A stretch of DNA of 64,000 nucleotides from Caulobacteraceae bacterium (GCA_019748055.1 JAIEQC010000050.1:24817-88816); one strand, 5' to 3'; shown: positions 1-10,898, numbered from the stretch's first letter. Numbers and translations: made by a program. The notes: generated by a model not told the origin, from the sequence alone.

Positions 1-807
1 CCCTTCATGGCTCTGGCGCTGGGAGCCGCGCTGGTCATGCCGTGGCCCGTCGCCCTGCTGGTCTTCGCCATGCTCGGCCTCGGACTGGCGCTGCCCTACG
101 TCGCCGTCAGCTTCAGCCCAGCCGTGCTGCGGCGGCTGCCGAGGCCGGGGCCGTGGATGGAGCGGCTGAAGGGGCTCTTGGCCTTTCCCATGTACGGCAC
201 GGCCCTGTGGCTGGCCTGGGTGTTCAGTCGACAGGCGGGGGCGGAGGCCCTCGCCCTGCTATTCGCCGCCGCCCTGCTGGTCGCCTTCGGCTTGTGGCTG
301 GCGGGCCTGAACCAGTCGGCGCGGGCGGAGGGACGGGCGGCCGTGCTCAGCGCCGTCGCGGCGACCCTGGCTCTGTTCGGCGGTGTGGCGCTGGCCGGCA
401 CGTCGACGATGCTGCCCGCACCGACCGCCGGGGCAGAGGGGCCGGGCGCAACCACCCTGCCGTCGCAACCCTGGGCCGCTGAAGCGGTCGCCGCGGCGCG
501 CGCCGAAGGTCGGCCGGTGCTGGTCAACTTCACCGCCGACTGGTGCGTGACCTGCAAGATCAACGAGCGCGCCGCCCTGTCGTCCGGCCGCGTCGGTCAG
601 GCGCTGGAGGCCGCGAACGCCGTCTATCTGGTCGGCGACTGGACGCGGCGCGACGACGTGATCGCCGCCGAACTGGCCCGCCACGGCCGCTCGGGCGTTC
701 CCCTGTATCTGCTCTATCCGGCCGGAGGCGGCGAGCCACGCATCCTGCCGCAACTGCTCACCGAGGGCACGGTCGTGCGCGCCCTTGAAGAGACTTCCAC
801 CCGCTGA
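1..807 (+). CDS. DsbD-family thiol:disulfide interchange protein, C-terminal part (5'-partial)
   Basis: Frame 1 is open from base 1. Hydrophobic helices are followed by a thioredoxin-fold region with a WCVTCK CxxC site and a GVPLYLLYP tail typical of the DsbD C-terminal domain. Confidence 0.75.
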   Translation, partial: PFMALALGAALVMPWPVALLVFAMLGLGLALPYVAVSFSPAVLRRLPRPGPWMERLKGLLAFPMYGTALWLAWVFSRQAGAEALALLFAAALLVAFGLWLAGLNQSARAEGRAAVLSAVAATLALFGGVALAGTSTMLPAPTAGAEGPGATTLPSQPWAAEAVAAARAEGRPVLVNFTADWCVTCKINERAALSSGRVGQALEAANAVYLVGDWTRRDDVIAAELARHGRSGVPLYLLYPAGGGEPRILPQLLTEGTVVRALEETSTR

Positions 808-824
808 CCCCAAGGAGACGCCCG

Positions 825-1484
825 ATGATCCGCGTGACCCTCGCCTGCGCCGCCGCCCTGGCCCTAGCCGCCTGCTCGCCCGCCTCGGAGACGCCCGAGA
901 CGAAGACGGAAACCGCCGCCTCCACCGCCGCCCTGCCCGCGGCTCCCGCCTTCACTCTGGTCGATTCCGACGGCGTCCAACGCAGTCTTACCGATTTCCG
1001 CGGGAAGACCGTCGTGATCGAGTGGACCAACGAGGGCTGCCCATACGTGAAGAAGCACTACTCCGCCGGCGCCATGCAGGCCTTGCAGCGCGAAGCGACC
1101 GCCGACGGGGTCGTGTGGCTGACGATCATCTCCTCGGCGCCGGGCACGCAGGGCTTCGTCGAGGGCGAGCCCGCCCGCGCCTTCAAGGCCAAGCACGACG
1201 GCGCGTGGACCCACCTGCTGCTCGATCCGACCGGTCAGGTCGGCAAGCTGTACGACGCCAAGACCACGCCCGACATGCGGGTCATCGATCCGGAGGGCCG
1301 CGTCGTCTTCGTCGGCGGCATCGACGACCGGCCGACCAACAAGGTCGAGGATCTGGAAGGCGCCAACAACTTCGTCCGCGCGGCCCTGACGGACCTCGAG
1401 GCCGGCCGCCCCGTGGCGACGCCCTTCGCCCAGCCCTACGGCTGCTCGATCAAGTATCCGGAAACGGTGGAGGCCGAGGCCTAG
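825..1484 (+). CDS. thioredoxin-fold (redoxin-like) lipoprotein
   Basis: Lipobox-type signal (LALAACS) and a redoxin-like segment VVIEWTNEGCPYVKKHY. Lies 18 nt downstream of the DsbD-like gene. Confidence 0.7.
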   Translation: MIRVTLACAAALALAACSPASETPETKTETAASTAALPAAPAFTLVDSDGVQRSLTDFRGKTVVIEWTNEGCPYVKKHYSAGAMQALQREATADGVVWLTIISSAPGTQGFVEGEPARAFKAKHDGAWTHLLLDPTGQVGKLYDAKTTPDMRVIDPEGRVVFVGGIDDRPTNKVEDLEGANNFVRAALTDLEAGRPVATPFAQPYGCSIKYPETVEAEA

Positions 1485-1948
1485 ACTTCCGGCTGCGGCG
1501 GGGCGGTGATCACCGCCACGTTGTCGTCGAACAGATGCACCAGTTCGGAAAGCGCCGAGGCGCGCTCTTCCGGGCTGGCGGCGCTTTCGAAGGCGGTCAG
1601 GCGGACGGGGATGTCCTCCGAAATGCCGCGCAGGATGCATTTCAGGTCGCCGTCGACGCCGCGTTCCTTCAGCACCAGATGCCCCTGCATGTCGCGGTCG
1701 GCCAGCGCCAGGGCGTCGGCCTTGAACGCGGTCCAGTCCGGGCCGCCCAGAACGACGGCCAGATCCATGGAGGCCCAGCCCTCGGCCGTGATCTTCAGCT
1801 TGCCGGCGCGGGCGACGATGTCGACGAAGAGGGGCTCTTCGGCCACCGTGACGGGATCGCCCGGCGTCCAGGCCGGCTGGGCGGCGGCCGCTGCGACGGC
1901 GGGGTCGGTCAGGGACAGGGCGACGGCGAGGGCGAGACCGCAGGACAT
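1481..1948 (-). CDS. hypothetical exported protein
   Basis: 155-aa ORF with an Ala-rich N-terminal signal-like segment. No recognised motif. Coding-like composition, convergent with the upstream gene. Confidence 0.5.
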   Translation of the reverse strand: MSCGLALAVALSLTDPAVAAAAAQPAWTPGDPVTVAEEPLFVDIVARAGKLKITAEGWASMDLAVVLGGPDWTAFKADALALADRDMQGHLVLKERGVDGDLKCILRGISEDIPVRLTAFESAASPEERASALSELVHLFDDNVAVITAPPQPEV

Positions 1949-2056
1949 GGCGGCGTTCCTTGTTCATCCGATCTCGCGCGACTGGCGAATCGGTCATTGA
2001 ATGGGGGTACGCCCCAGCCGTAAACGGACGCTTGACGACCGCCTTCGGAGCTTCTG

Positions 2057-3820
2057 ATGCCGACCGCCCGCCCCGCCGCCACCGACCAGGCTTGGGACAA
2101 GGCCTGGAAGGCCTTTTGCCGCGCCGCCCAGGCCGATGCGAAGACCCGCATCGTCGACTGGTTCGGCCGCGAGCCCGACCGGCTGGCGCGGATGACGCTG
2201 GAGGCGGCCGGCCTGACGCTGGACCTGTCGAAACAGCCGTGGTCGCAGGCGGGTCTGGCCGCGGCGCTGGATCTGGCCCGCGCCGCCGACGTCGAGGGGC
2301 GCCGCGCCGCCCTGTTCGGCGGCGAGGTGGTCAATCCCACCGAGGGCCGCGCGGTCCTGCACCCCGCCCTGCGCGCCCCCGACGGCGCGACGTTCACGGC
2401 GCTGGGCGAACCGGTCTCCCACGAAGTCGAGGCCGTGCGCGAGGCCATGGCGGAGTTCGCCGAGGACGTCCGCACCGCGCGTGAGACCGGCACGGGCGGG
2501 CGGCCTTTCGAGGCGGTCGTCCACATCGGCATCGGCGGATCGGATCTGGGTCCTCGGCTGGTGTGGGACGCCATGCGTCCCGTCGAGCCCACGATCGACC
2601 TGCGCTTCGTCGCCAACATCGACCCGCGCGAGATGGCCGAGGCGCTGGCCGGGCTGGACCCGGAGGCGACGCTGGTCGTGGTCGTGTCCAAGACCTTCAC
2701 CACGCAGGAGACCCTGGCCAACGCCGAGCTGGCCCGCGACTGGCTGAAGACCGCGGTGCCTGCGAAACATCTGGGCCGGCACATCGTCGGCGTCACCGCC
2801 GCGCCGGAACGGGCCGAGGCCTTCGGCTGCGGCCGCACCTTCGCCTTCCGCGACTGGGTGGGCGGGCGTTATTCGCTGTGGTCGGCGGTCGGCCTGTCGT
2901 GCGCGGTCGGTCTGGGCTGGGACGTCTTCTCCGAAATGCTGGAGGGCGCCGCGGAGATGGACGCCCATTTCCGCACCGCGCCGCTGGAGCGCAACGCGCC
3001 CGTCCTGCTGGCGCTGGCCCAGATCTTCAACGTGGCCGGACTGGACCGCACCGCCCGCACCGTCGCCCCCTATGCCCACGGCCTGCGCCGCCTGCCGGCC
3101 TTCCTGCAGCAGCTGGAGATGGAATCGAACGGCAAGGGCGTGACGCTGGACGGCGCGCCGGTCGCGGCGTCCGGGCCGATCGTCTTCGGCGAGCCGGGCA
3201 CCAACGGCCAGCACGCCTTCTTCCAGCAGCTGCATCAGGGGCCGCAGGTGGTGCCCGCCGAGTTCGTCGTGGTGCGCGACACGACCGGCGCGGGCGCGTC
3301 GGAGGCGCCGCTATGGTCCAACGCCCTGGCGCAGGCACGCGCCCTGATGGTCGGCAAGACGGCGGATCAGGCGCGGGCGGAAATGCTGGAGCTGGGCGTC
3401 GAGCCGGAAGAAGCCGACCGTCTGGCCCCGCACAAGGCCTTCCCGGGCGACCGTCCGTCCACCACACTGGTGCTCGACGCGTTGACGCCCCGCGCGGTCG
3501 GAGCGCTGCTGGCCCTGTACGAGCACAAGACCTTCGTCGAGGGCGTGGTCTGGGCGATCAACAGCTTCGACCAGTGGGGCGTGGAACTGGGCAAGGCCAT
3601 GGCCCGCAGCCTTCTGGCCGACGCCGAGGCCGGCGCGCCGTCGGCGGACCTCGACCCCTCCACCGCCGCCCTTCTGACCCGTCTGGCGACCCGGCCCGCG
3701 CCGAAACCTGCGCCGGAGCCCAGGGCGAAGGCCAAGCCGGAGAAGCCGAAAAAGGAAAAGGAGCGCGCCCCCGCGAAGGAAGCGCGCCCCTCGTTCCTGT
3801 CGGTCAGGAAGAAGTCCTAG
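2057..3820 (+). CDS. pgi: glucose-6-phosphate isomerase with Lys/Pro/Ala-rich C-terminal tail
   Basis: Full-length PGI-like sequence (GIGGSDLGPR, VSKTFTTQETL, ESNGK, GEPGTNGQHAFFQ motifs). About 45 extra C-terminal residues follow: APKPAPEPRAKAKPEKPKKEKERAPAKEA. Confidence 0.9.
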   Translation: MPTARPAATDQAWDKAWKAFCRAAQADAKTRIVDWFGREPDRLARMTLEAAGLTLDLSKQPWSQAGLAAALDLARAADVEGRRAALFGGEVVNPTEGRAVLHPALRAPDGATFTALGEPVSHEVEAVREAMAEFAEDVRTARETGTGGRPFEAVVHIGIGGSDLGPRLVWDAMRPVEPTIDLRFVANIDPREMAEALAGLDPEATLVVVVSKTFTTQETLANAELARDWLKTAVPAKHLGRHIVGVTAAPERAEAFGCGRTFAFRDWVGGRYSLWSAVGLSCAVGLGWDVFSEMLEGAAEMDAHFRTAPLERNAPVLLALAQIFNVAGLDRTARTVAPYAHGLRRLPAFLQQLEMESNGKGVTLDGAPVAASGPIVFGEPGTNGQHAFFQQLHQGPQVVPAEFVVVRDTTGAGASEAPLWSNALAQARALMVGKTADQARAEMLELGVEPEEADRLAPHKAFPGDRPSTTLVLDALTPRAVGALLALYEHKTFVEGVVWAINSFDQWGVELGKAMARSLLADAEAGAPSADLDPSTAALLTRLATRPAPKPAPEPRAKAKPEKPKKEKERAPAKEARPSFLSVRKKS

Positions 3821-3823
3821 AAC

Positions 3824-4318
3824 CTACCACCGGCGGTCATAGCGCCAGTCGCGGTCCTGACGATTCTGGGCGCTGCGCCACTCGCCGTGGTTCCGCCAGA
3901 AGCGGCCGTCCCGCCAGTAGCCGCGACCCTGATAGGTCCGGCCGTCGACGTAGCGCTGGTCGTAGCCATAGCCGGACTGATAACCGTAGCGGTTGCGGTC
4001 GATGCCGTTCTCGCGTTCCCAATGGCCCTGGTTCCACCAGCAGCGGCCGTCGCGGTAGAAGCCGCAGTCGTCGCCGCCGTTCGCGGTCGCGCCCACGGCC
4101 GCGCCGGCCAGCGCCCCGCCCAGGATGTAGGTGCCGTCGCCCTGACCGATCACGGCCCCGGCCACCGCGCCCACGGCGGCGCCGATCAGGGCGTCCCGGG
4201 TGGAATCGTTGCGGTCCCGGTCGCGGTCATAGCGATAGTCCTGGGCCGCCGCCGGGGCGGCCGTGAGGCTCAGGGCGGCCAGGGGGGCGGCCGCGGCCAT
4301 CAACATCTTCGTCTTCAT
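3824..4318 (-). CDS. secreted glycine-zipper protein with Arg/Asp/Tyr/Trp-rich repeats
   Basis: The internal Met (MKTKMLMAAAAPLAALSLTAAPAAA) gives a clean signal peptide. Contains a GAAVGAVAGAVIG / GGALAGAAVGA glycine zipper and repeated GRxWxNxGxW segments. Confidence 0.6.
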   Translation of the reverse strand: MKTKMLMAAAAPLAALSLTAAPAAAQDYRYDRDRDRNDSTRDALIGAAVGAVAGAVIGQGDGTYILGGALAGAAVGATANGGDDCGFYRDGRCWWNQGHWERENGIDRNRYGYQSGYGYDQRYVDGRTYQGRGYWRDGRFWRNHGEWRSAQNRQDRDWRYDRRW

Positions 4319-4420
4319 GTTGGCGCTCCTTTCATGAGGCATGTCCGCACCTTGCCCCACGGGGCCTGAACTGCCCCGGGAACGCGCCGTTCAGCCGGCG
4401 TTCATGCCGTTTGCCTTGCC

Positions 4421-5938
4421 GTGACGCTTCAGGACCGGCAGGGTCAGGGCATGCGGATCTGGAGCGGCTTCAGACGATCGATCGCCGGCGCGGCGGTGCT
4501 GGCTTCGCTGGTGCTGGCCGGCTGCGCGACGGCGCAGGACGTGCCGCCTCCACCGCCTCCTCCGCCGCCCGTCGCGCCGCCTCCGCCGCCGCCGCCTCCT
4601 CCTCCTCCACCGCCGTCTCCAACGGACGTGCGCATCTCGGACGCACGGGCGCTGGCCGATGGCGGCGATCTCGTGGGGGCCGAGCCGCTGTACGTCGCCG
4701 CGGCCGAACAGGCGGAGGCGCAGGGCGACGCCGTCGCCGCCTCCGCCGCCTGGATCGAGGTGGCCAAGGCCCGCGCCGGGCTGGGCCGGGAGGACGAGGC
4801 CGACGCCGCCGTGGGCCGCGCGGTGACGGTGGTGGAGAGCGGGCTGGGACCACGCTCAACCGCCCTGATCCCCGCCCTGCTGACCCAGGCCCGCATGCGC
4901 TACATTCAGGGTCGCCACGAGGAGGCGCTGGCCGCCGCGGGGCGCGGGCTGGACCTGGCGGGCCCGGACGGCGACCCCCGGCTGGTCGCCGATCTCACCT
5001 ATGAGCGCGCCAAGAACCTCGACGTGCTGGGCCGCTTCGCCGAGGCCGAGGCCGCGGCGCGGACCGTCATCGCCCTGCGGACCGAGCTGCTGGGCCCCGA
5101 CGACCCCTACGTCGGCGACGCCCTGAACCAGCTGGCCAACGCCCTGATGGCGCAGGGCCGCTATGCCGAGGCCGAGCCGCACCAGCGGCGGGCGCTCGTG
5201 ATATACGAGGCCGCCTACGGCGCCGAGGACGAGCAGGTGGCGCTGGCGCTCAGCAACCTCGGCAACATCCTGCGCCGCACGGGGCGAATGGATGAGGCGG
5301 AGCGTTCGCACCGCCGCGCCGTCGCCATCGCCGGGAAGGTCGAGAACCCGGTCCTTCTGGCCCAGACCCTGACCAACCACGGCTGGCTGCTGCACCTGAC
5401 CGGGCGCGGCGATCTGGCCGAGCCGATCTTCCGTCAGGCGCTGGCCATCGCGCTGGAGCTGGTCGGGCCGGACCATCCCTTCACCGGCATCGCCACCGCC
5501 AACCTCGCCTTCAGCCTGGTCGATCAGGGCCGCCACGCCGAGGCCCTTCCGCTGTTCCAGACGGCGCTTCCGGTGCTGGAGGCGGGGCTGGGGGCGGACA
5601 GTCCCGATCTGGTCACCACCCTGGACGGCTATGGCCAGACGCTGATCGGGCTGGGTCGCCCGGACGAGGCCGAGGCCCTGATGATCCGCGCCGGCGCCAT
5701 CCTGGCCGCACGCCAGCCGGCGGGGCATCCCGACGCGGTGTTCCAGGCCGCGGACCACGGCGCCTTCCTGGCCCGCGCGGGCCGGCCGCGGGACGCGCTG
5801 GCCGTGCTCAGACCCGCGCGCGATGCCCTGTTCCGCCGGGATGGACGGCGGCTGGAGGGAAGCGACCCCACCCGCCGCGCGGCCCCGCTGTTCCGCCGCA
5901 TCGTCCAAGCCGCCTGGCTGGCGAAATCTCCCGACTGA
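4421..5938 (+). CDS. TPR-repeat lipoprotein with long poly-proline linker
   Basis: Lipobox LVLAGC, then P9-VA-P13, then repeated Ala/Leu-rich TPR-like units (YxxALxxxxxxLGxxHP pattern). The start could instead be the MRIW codon at 4451. Confidence 0.75.
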   Translation: MTLQDRQGQGMRIWSGFRRSIAGAAVLASLVLAGCATAQDVPPPPPPPPPVAPPPPPPPPPPPPPSPTDVRISDARALADGGDLVGAEPLYVAAAEQAEAQGDAVAASAAWIEVAKARAGLGREDEADAAVGRAVTVVESGLGPRSTALIPALLTQARMRYIQGRHEEALAAAGRGLDLAGPDGDPRLVADLTYERAKNLDVLGRFAEAEAAARTVIALRTELLGPDDPYVGDALNQLANALMAQGRYAEAEPHQRRALVIYEAAYGAEDEQVALALSNLGNILRRTGRMDEAERSHRRAVAIAGKVENPVLLAQTLTNHGWLLHLTGRGDLAEPIFRQALAIALELVGPDHPFTGIATANLAFSLVDQGRHAEALPLFQTALPVLEAGLGADSPDLVTTLDGYGQTLIGLGRPDEAEALMIRAGAILAARQPAGHPDAVFQAADHGAFLARAGRPRDALAVLRPARDALFRRDGRRLEGSDPTRRAAPLFRRIVQAAWLAKSPD

Positions 5939-5953
5939 ATCGGGCGCCGCGCC

Positions 5954-6019
5954 CTTGACGCCTCCCCGCGCCGGACCTACTTCCGCGGCGCGTTAGCACT
6001 CGGGCACGGCGGCTGCCAA
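5954..6019 (+). promoter_or_regulatory. putative heat-shock promoter plus CIRCE-like inverted repeat upstream of groES
   Basis: CTTGAC (5954-5959) and CCTACTT (5976-5982) resemble sigma32 -35/-10 boxes. TTAGCACTC-N9-GGCTGCCAA (5993-6019) matches the CIRCE consensus TTAGCACTC-N9-GAGTGCTAA perfectly in the left arm and 6/9 in the right arm. hrcA is present in the window. Confidence 0.45.
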
Positions 6020-6075
6020 AAGCGCTGGGGTCCGGGGGCGCTCAATCATCAGAGGCCCTGAAGGGAGAACTACAG

Positions 6076-6363
6076 ATGGCGTTTCGTCCGCTCGGCGATC
6101 GCGTGTTGGTCAAGCGCGTGGAAGAGGAATCGAAGACCAAGGGCGGGATCATCATCCCCGACACCGCCAAGGAGAAGCCGCAGGAAGGCGAAGTCGTCTC
6201 CGTCGGCCCCGGCGCCCGCGACGACTCGGGCAAGGTCAACGCGCTCGAGCTGAAGGCCGGCGACCGCATCCTGTTCGGCAAGTGGTCCGGCACCGAGGTC
6301 AAGATCGACGGCGAAGACCTGATCATCATGAAGGAATCAGACGTCCTGGGCGTGCTGGCTTAA
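6076..6363 (+). CDS. groES: co-chaperonin GroES
   Basis: 95 aa, [18 protein letters not shown]...[19 protein letters not shown], the canonical Cpn10 sequence. Confidence 0.97.
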   Translation: MAFRPLGDRVLVKRVEEESKTKGGIIIPDTAKEKPQEGEVVSVGPGARDDSGKVNALELKAGDRILFGKWSGTEVKIDGEDLIIMKESDVLGVLA

Positions 6364-6405
6364 GCCCCCGACGACCCTTCTTTCGCAATCCCATCAGATA
6401 TTTAG

Positions 6406-8067
<1,662 letters not shown>

Positions 8068-8114
8068 GTCCGATCCCGGGCTCGACCCGGGATCAGCCCA
8101 GGCTGAAACGAAGA

Positions 8115-8147
8115 GGGCGGGTCCGGCGACGGGCCCGCCCTTTCCTT
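8115..8147 (+). terminator. rho-independent terminator after groEL
   Basis: GC-rich hairpin GGGCGGGTCCGGCGACGGGCCCGCCC followed by TTTCCTT. A second hairpin GATCCCGGG-N-CCCGGGATC sits just upstream (about 8072-8094). Confidence 0.6.
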
Positions 8148-8151
8148 ATCT

Positions 8152-8763
8152 TCAAGCGACCTTGGTTCGGACTCGCTTCGGGCGCAGCACGGTGAGCGTC
8201 CACGGATTGCCGTCTTGGTCGATCTGAATCTCGATCTGATATCCCGTTTCAGTGGTGAACTTCCGAGCATCGAGCGACTGCGGTCGAGGTCCGTCCGCCT
8301 GCACCATTAAGCCAGCAAAGCGATCTTTCTCCTGACGATACCAGAACACGGACAGTTCAGCTTCAGTTAGGCTGACTTGGGCCTTGATCTGCGGCATCAC
8401 GAGATCGACCAGAGGCTGCGCTTCAACAGAGAAACCAAAGCGGCGCAATGCAATCAAAAGAGCGGCCGCGTCGGCCGCCATGAATCCCTGAGCTCCAAAA
8501 ACTTGAGTGTCCTTCATGCGCGGCCGCGGGAAGAACGCTCGCTCCGGAATTTGGAACGCCTCCGACAGCGACCTCAAATCGATTCGATAGAGCCTCGGAT
8601 CGGTTTCGCAGAGGATGTCCTCGATATCGGCGAACGAAACCCAGCCTTCCCGCGCCGCATGGCGCAAGACCGACGCGTACAGGCCATGCTCTTTCTTAGG
8701 CAACGGCTTTTGAAGTGCATCGCAAAGGAAGGCCAACAAAGTGGGGTCAAATTTGGTCTTCAT
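8152..8763 (-). CDS. hypothetical protein (lower-GC orphan)
   Basis: 203-aa ORF in a visibly lower-GC stretch between groEL and higB. No motif recognised. Confidence 0.55.
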   Translation of the reverse strand: MKTKFDPTLLAFLCDALQKPLPKKEHGLYASVLRHAAREGWVSFADIEDILCETDPRLYRIDLRSLSEAFQIPERAFFPRPRMKDTQVFGAQGFMAADAAALLIALRRFGFSVEAQPLVDLVMPQIKAQVSLTEAELSVFWYRQEKDRFAGLMVQADGPRPQSLDARKFTTETGYQIEIQIDQDGNPWTLTVLRPKRVRTKVA

Positions 8764-8863
8764 TCCCGCTCTCCGAATCGCAAGCGACCATGGTCCTCAG
8801 CTCTCCGGCCGAACGCTATTCAACTTTGCTTGAAAGCTGTATCGCGCGGCGATACAGTGGCCT

Positions 8864-9145
8864 GTGATCCAAAGCTGGAAATCCCGTGACGCGCAACTGG
8901 TCTTCGAAGGCCGGTCGCCCAAGGGCTTTCCGCCTGATCTGGTTAAGGCGACGCGGCGGCGGCTGGAAAGGCTGGACGCCGCCACCACCGTCGAAGACCT
9001 GCGCGTGCCGCCGGGCCACCGGCTGCACAAGCTGAGCGACGACCGCGCGGGACAGTGGTCGATCAGCGTCAACGACCAGTTCCGCATCTGCTTCGTTTGG
9101 GGCGACTTTGGCCCGGAGCAGATCGAGTTCGTAGATTACCACTGA
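8864..9145 (+). CDS. higB: HigB-type (RelE/ParE superfamily) toxin
   Basis: 93 aa. The LERLDAATTVEDLRVPPGHRLHKLSDDRAGQWSISVNDQFRICF pattern is typical of plasmid-maintenance killer HigB. Followed 10 nt later by the antitoxin. Confidence 0.8.
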   Translation: MIQSWKSRDAQLVFEGRSPKGFPPDLVKATRRRLERLDAATTVEDLRVPPGHRLHKLSDDRAGQWSISVNDQFRICFVWGDFGPEQIEFVDYH

Positions 9146-9155
9146 GGACGCCGTC

Positions 9156-9473
9156 ATGACCGTGCGCGACTATGCCGATTTCGTCCAGCCGCTGGCTCAT
9201 CCCGGCGAGCATCTGCGCGAGGACTTCCTGCCGGAATACGACCTGACTCCCGGCAAGCTGGCGCGCGCCATGGGCCTTAAGGAACGCTCTCGCATGGAGC
9301 GTCTGGTGCGCGAGGAGCAGGCGCTGACGCCCGACACGGCGCTGCGGCTCGCGCGGGTGTTCGGGACCTCGGCGGAGTTCTGGATGAATCTTCAGACCCA
9401 ACATGACCTGTCCAAGGCCGCGATGGCCGCGCGCGACGAGTTGGCGGCGATCGTTCCGCTCAAGGTCGCCTAA
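9156..9473 (+). CDS. higA: HigA-type antitoxin (XRE HTH)
   Basis: 105 aa. HPGEHLREDFLPEYDLTPGKLARAMGL...TPDTALRLARVFGTSAEFWMNLQ is the characteristic HigA HTH. Confidence 0.85.
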   Translation: MTVRDYADFVQPLAHPGEHLREDFLPEYDLTPGKLARAMGLKERSRMERLVREEQALTPDTALRLARVFGTSAEFWMNLQTQHDLSKAAMAARDELAAIVPLKVA

Positions 9474-9517
9474 GCCACCCTTGCCTCCCCTCACGTAACC
9501 GTGCCTCCATCGGCTCC

Positions 9518-10702
9518 ATGAGCGAACTCGACGATTTCCGCGCCTCCACCCGCCAGTGGCTGGAGGCGAACTGTCCGCCCGAGGTGCGGGGGCCCGTACG
9601 GTCCGAGGACGAGGTGATCTGGGGCGGGCGCAAGGCCGTCTTCGCCACGCCGGGGCACGAACGCTGGCTGAAGGTCATGGGCGAGCAGGGGTGGACCGCG
9701 CCGGAATGGCCGGTGGAGTACGGCGGCGGCGGCCTGTCGCGGGAACAGGCCAAGGTGCTGGCCCAGGAGCTGGCGCGCCTCGGGGCGCAGCCGGCGCTGA
9801 ACAGCTTCGGCGTCTGGATGCTGGGCCCGGCCCTGCTGAAGTTCGGCACGGAGGAGCAGAAGAAGCGCTTCCTGCCGCCGATCGTGCGCGGCGAAATCCG
9901 CTGGTGCCAGGGCTATTCCGAACCGGGCGCGGGGTCGGACCTGGCCGGCCTGCAGACCCGCGCCGAGGACCGCGGGGACCACTGGATCGTCAACGGCCAG
10001 AAGGTGTGGACCAGCTATGCCGACAAGGCGGACTGGATCTTCTGTCTGGTGCGCACCGATCCGGAGGCGCCCAAGCATCTGGGCATCAGCTTCGTCCTGT
10101 TCGACATGGCGACGCCGGGGGTGACGACCAAGCCGATCACGCTGATTTCCGGCAAGTCGCCCTTCTGCGAGACCTTCTTCGACGACGTGCGGGTGGAGAA
10201 GGAAAATCTGGTCGGGGAGCTGAACCGCGGCTGGGACGTGGCCAAGCACCTGCTGGCGCATGAGCGGACCATGATCGGCGCCATGGGCGAGATCGGCGGC
10301 GGCCGGCCGCTGGGCCAGGTGGCGACCGGCTCGATCGGCGCGGACGACGACGGCCGCCTGCTGGACCCCATGCTGCGCGCGCGCATCGCGGAACTGGAGG
10401 TGGACGCCGCCGCCTTCCGCCTGGCGCTGGAACGCACCGGCGACCGGATGAAAGCGGGTCAGGCGCACCCGGCGCTGGCGTCGATGCTGAAGTACTACGG
10501 CTCCGAGCTGAACAAGCGGCGGCACGAGCTGCTGATGGCCGCCGGCGGCTCTGACGCGCTGGAGTGGGAGGGCGATCGCTCGCGCGACGGCGCCATGGCC
10601 CGCGACTGGCTGCGCACCAAGGCCAACTCCATCGAGGGCGGGACCAGCGAGATCCAGCTGAACATCCTCGCCAAGCACGTGCTGCAGCTGCCGGGGGCGT
10701 GA
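9518..10702 (+). CDS. acyl-CoA dehydrogenase family protein
   Basis: 394 aa with ACAD-like segments (WCQGYSEPGAGSDLAGL, WIVNGQKVWTS, EGGTSEIQLNI). Confidence 0.9.
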   Translation: MSELDDFRASTRQWLEANCPPEVRGPVRSEDEVIWGGRKAVFATPGHERWLKVMGEQGWTAPEWPVEYGGGGLSREQAKVLAQELARLGAQPALNSFGVWMLGPALLKFGTEEQKKRFLPPIVRGEIRWCQGYSEPGAGSDLAGLQTRAEDRGDHWIVNGQKVWTSYADKADWIFCLVRTDPEAPKHLGISFVLFDMATPGVTTKPITLISGKSPFCETFFDDVRVEKENLVGELNRGWDVAKHLLAHERTMIGAMGEIGGGRPLGQVATGSIGADDDGRLLDPMLRARIAELEVDAAAFRLALERTGDRMKAGQAHPALASMLKYYGSELNKRRHELLMAAGGSDALEWEGDRSRDGAMARDWLRTKANSIEGGTSEIQLNILAKHVLQLPGA

Positions 10703-10720
10703 GGATGGCCGCCAGCCTTT

Positions 10721-10877
10721 CCTTCTCCCCTTGCGGGAGAAGGTGGCCTCGCGGAGCGAGGTCGGATGAGTGGTCTCTCCGGCCTCGTCTCATCGACAGC
10801 CGCCGATCGCCTCCCCCTGTGCGACCCCTCATCCGTCAGCCCTTCGGGCTGCCACCTTCTCCCGCAAGGGGAGAAGG
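10721..10877. repeat. intergenic palindromic (REP/MITE-like) element
   Basis: A perfect 27-bp inverted repeat: CCTTCTCCCCTTGCGGGAGAAGGTGGC at 10721-10747 and its exact reverse complement at 10851-10877. Each arm is itself a hairpin. Inner CGGATGAG / CTCATCCG arms extend the palindrome. Confidence 0.8.
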
Positions 10878-10898
10878 GCGACGTTCGGACGACCTGTC

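Noticed and set aside
785-2023. 412-aa plus-strand ORF and 377-aa minus-strand ORF (864-1997) spanning the thioredoxin-lipoprotein region
   Set aside because: Arg/Gly/Pro-rich translations typical of off-frame reading in high-GC DNA. They overlap better-supported genes in other frames.
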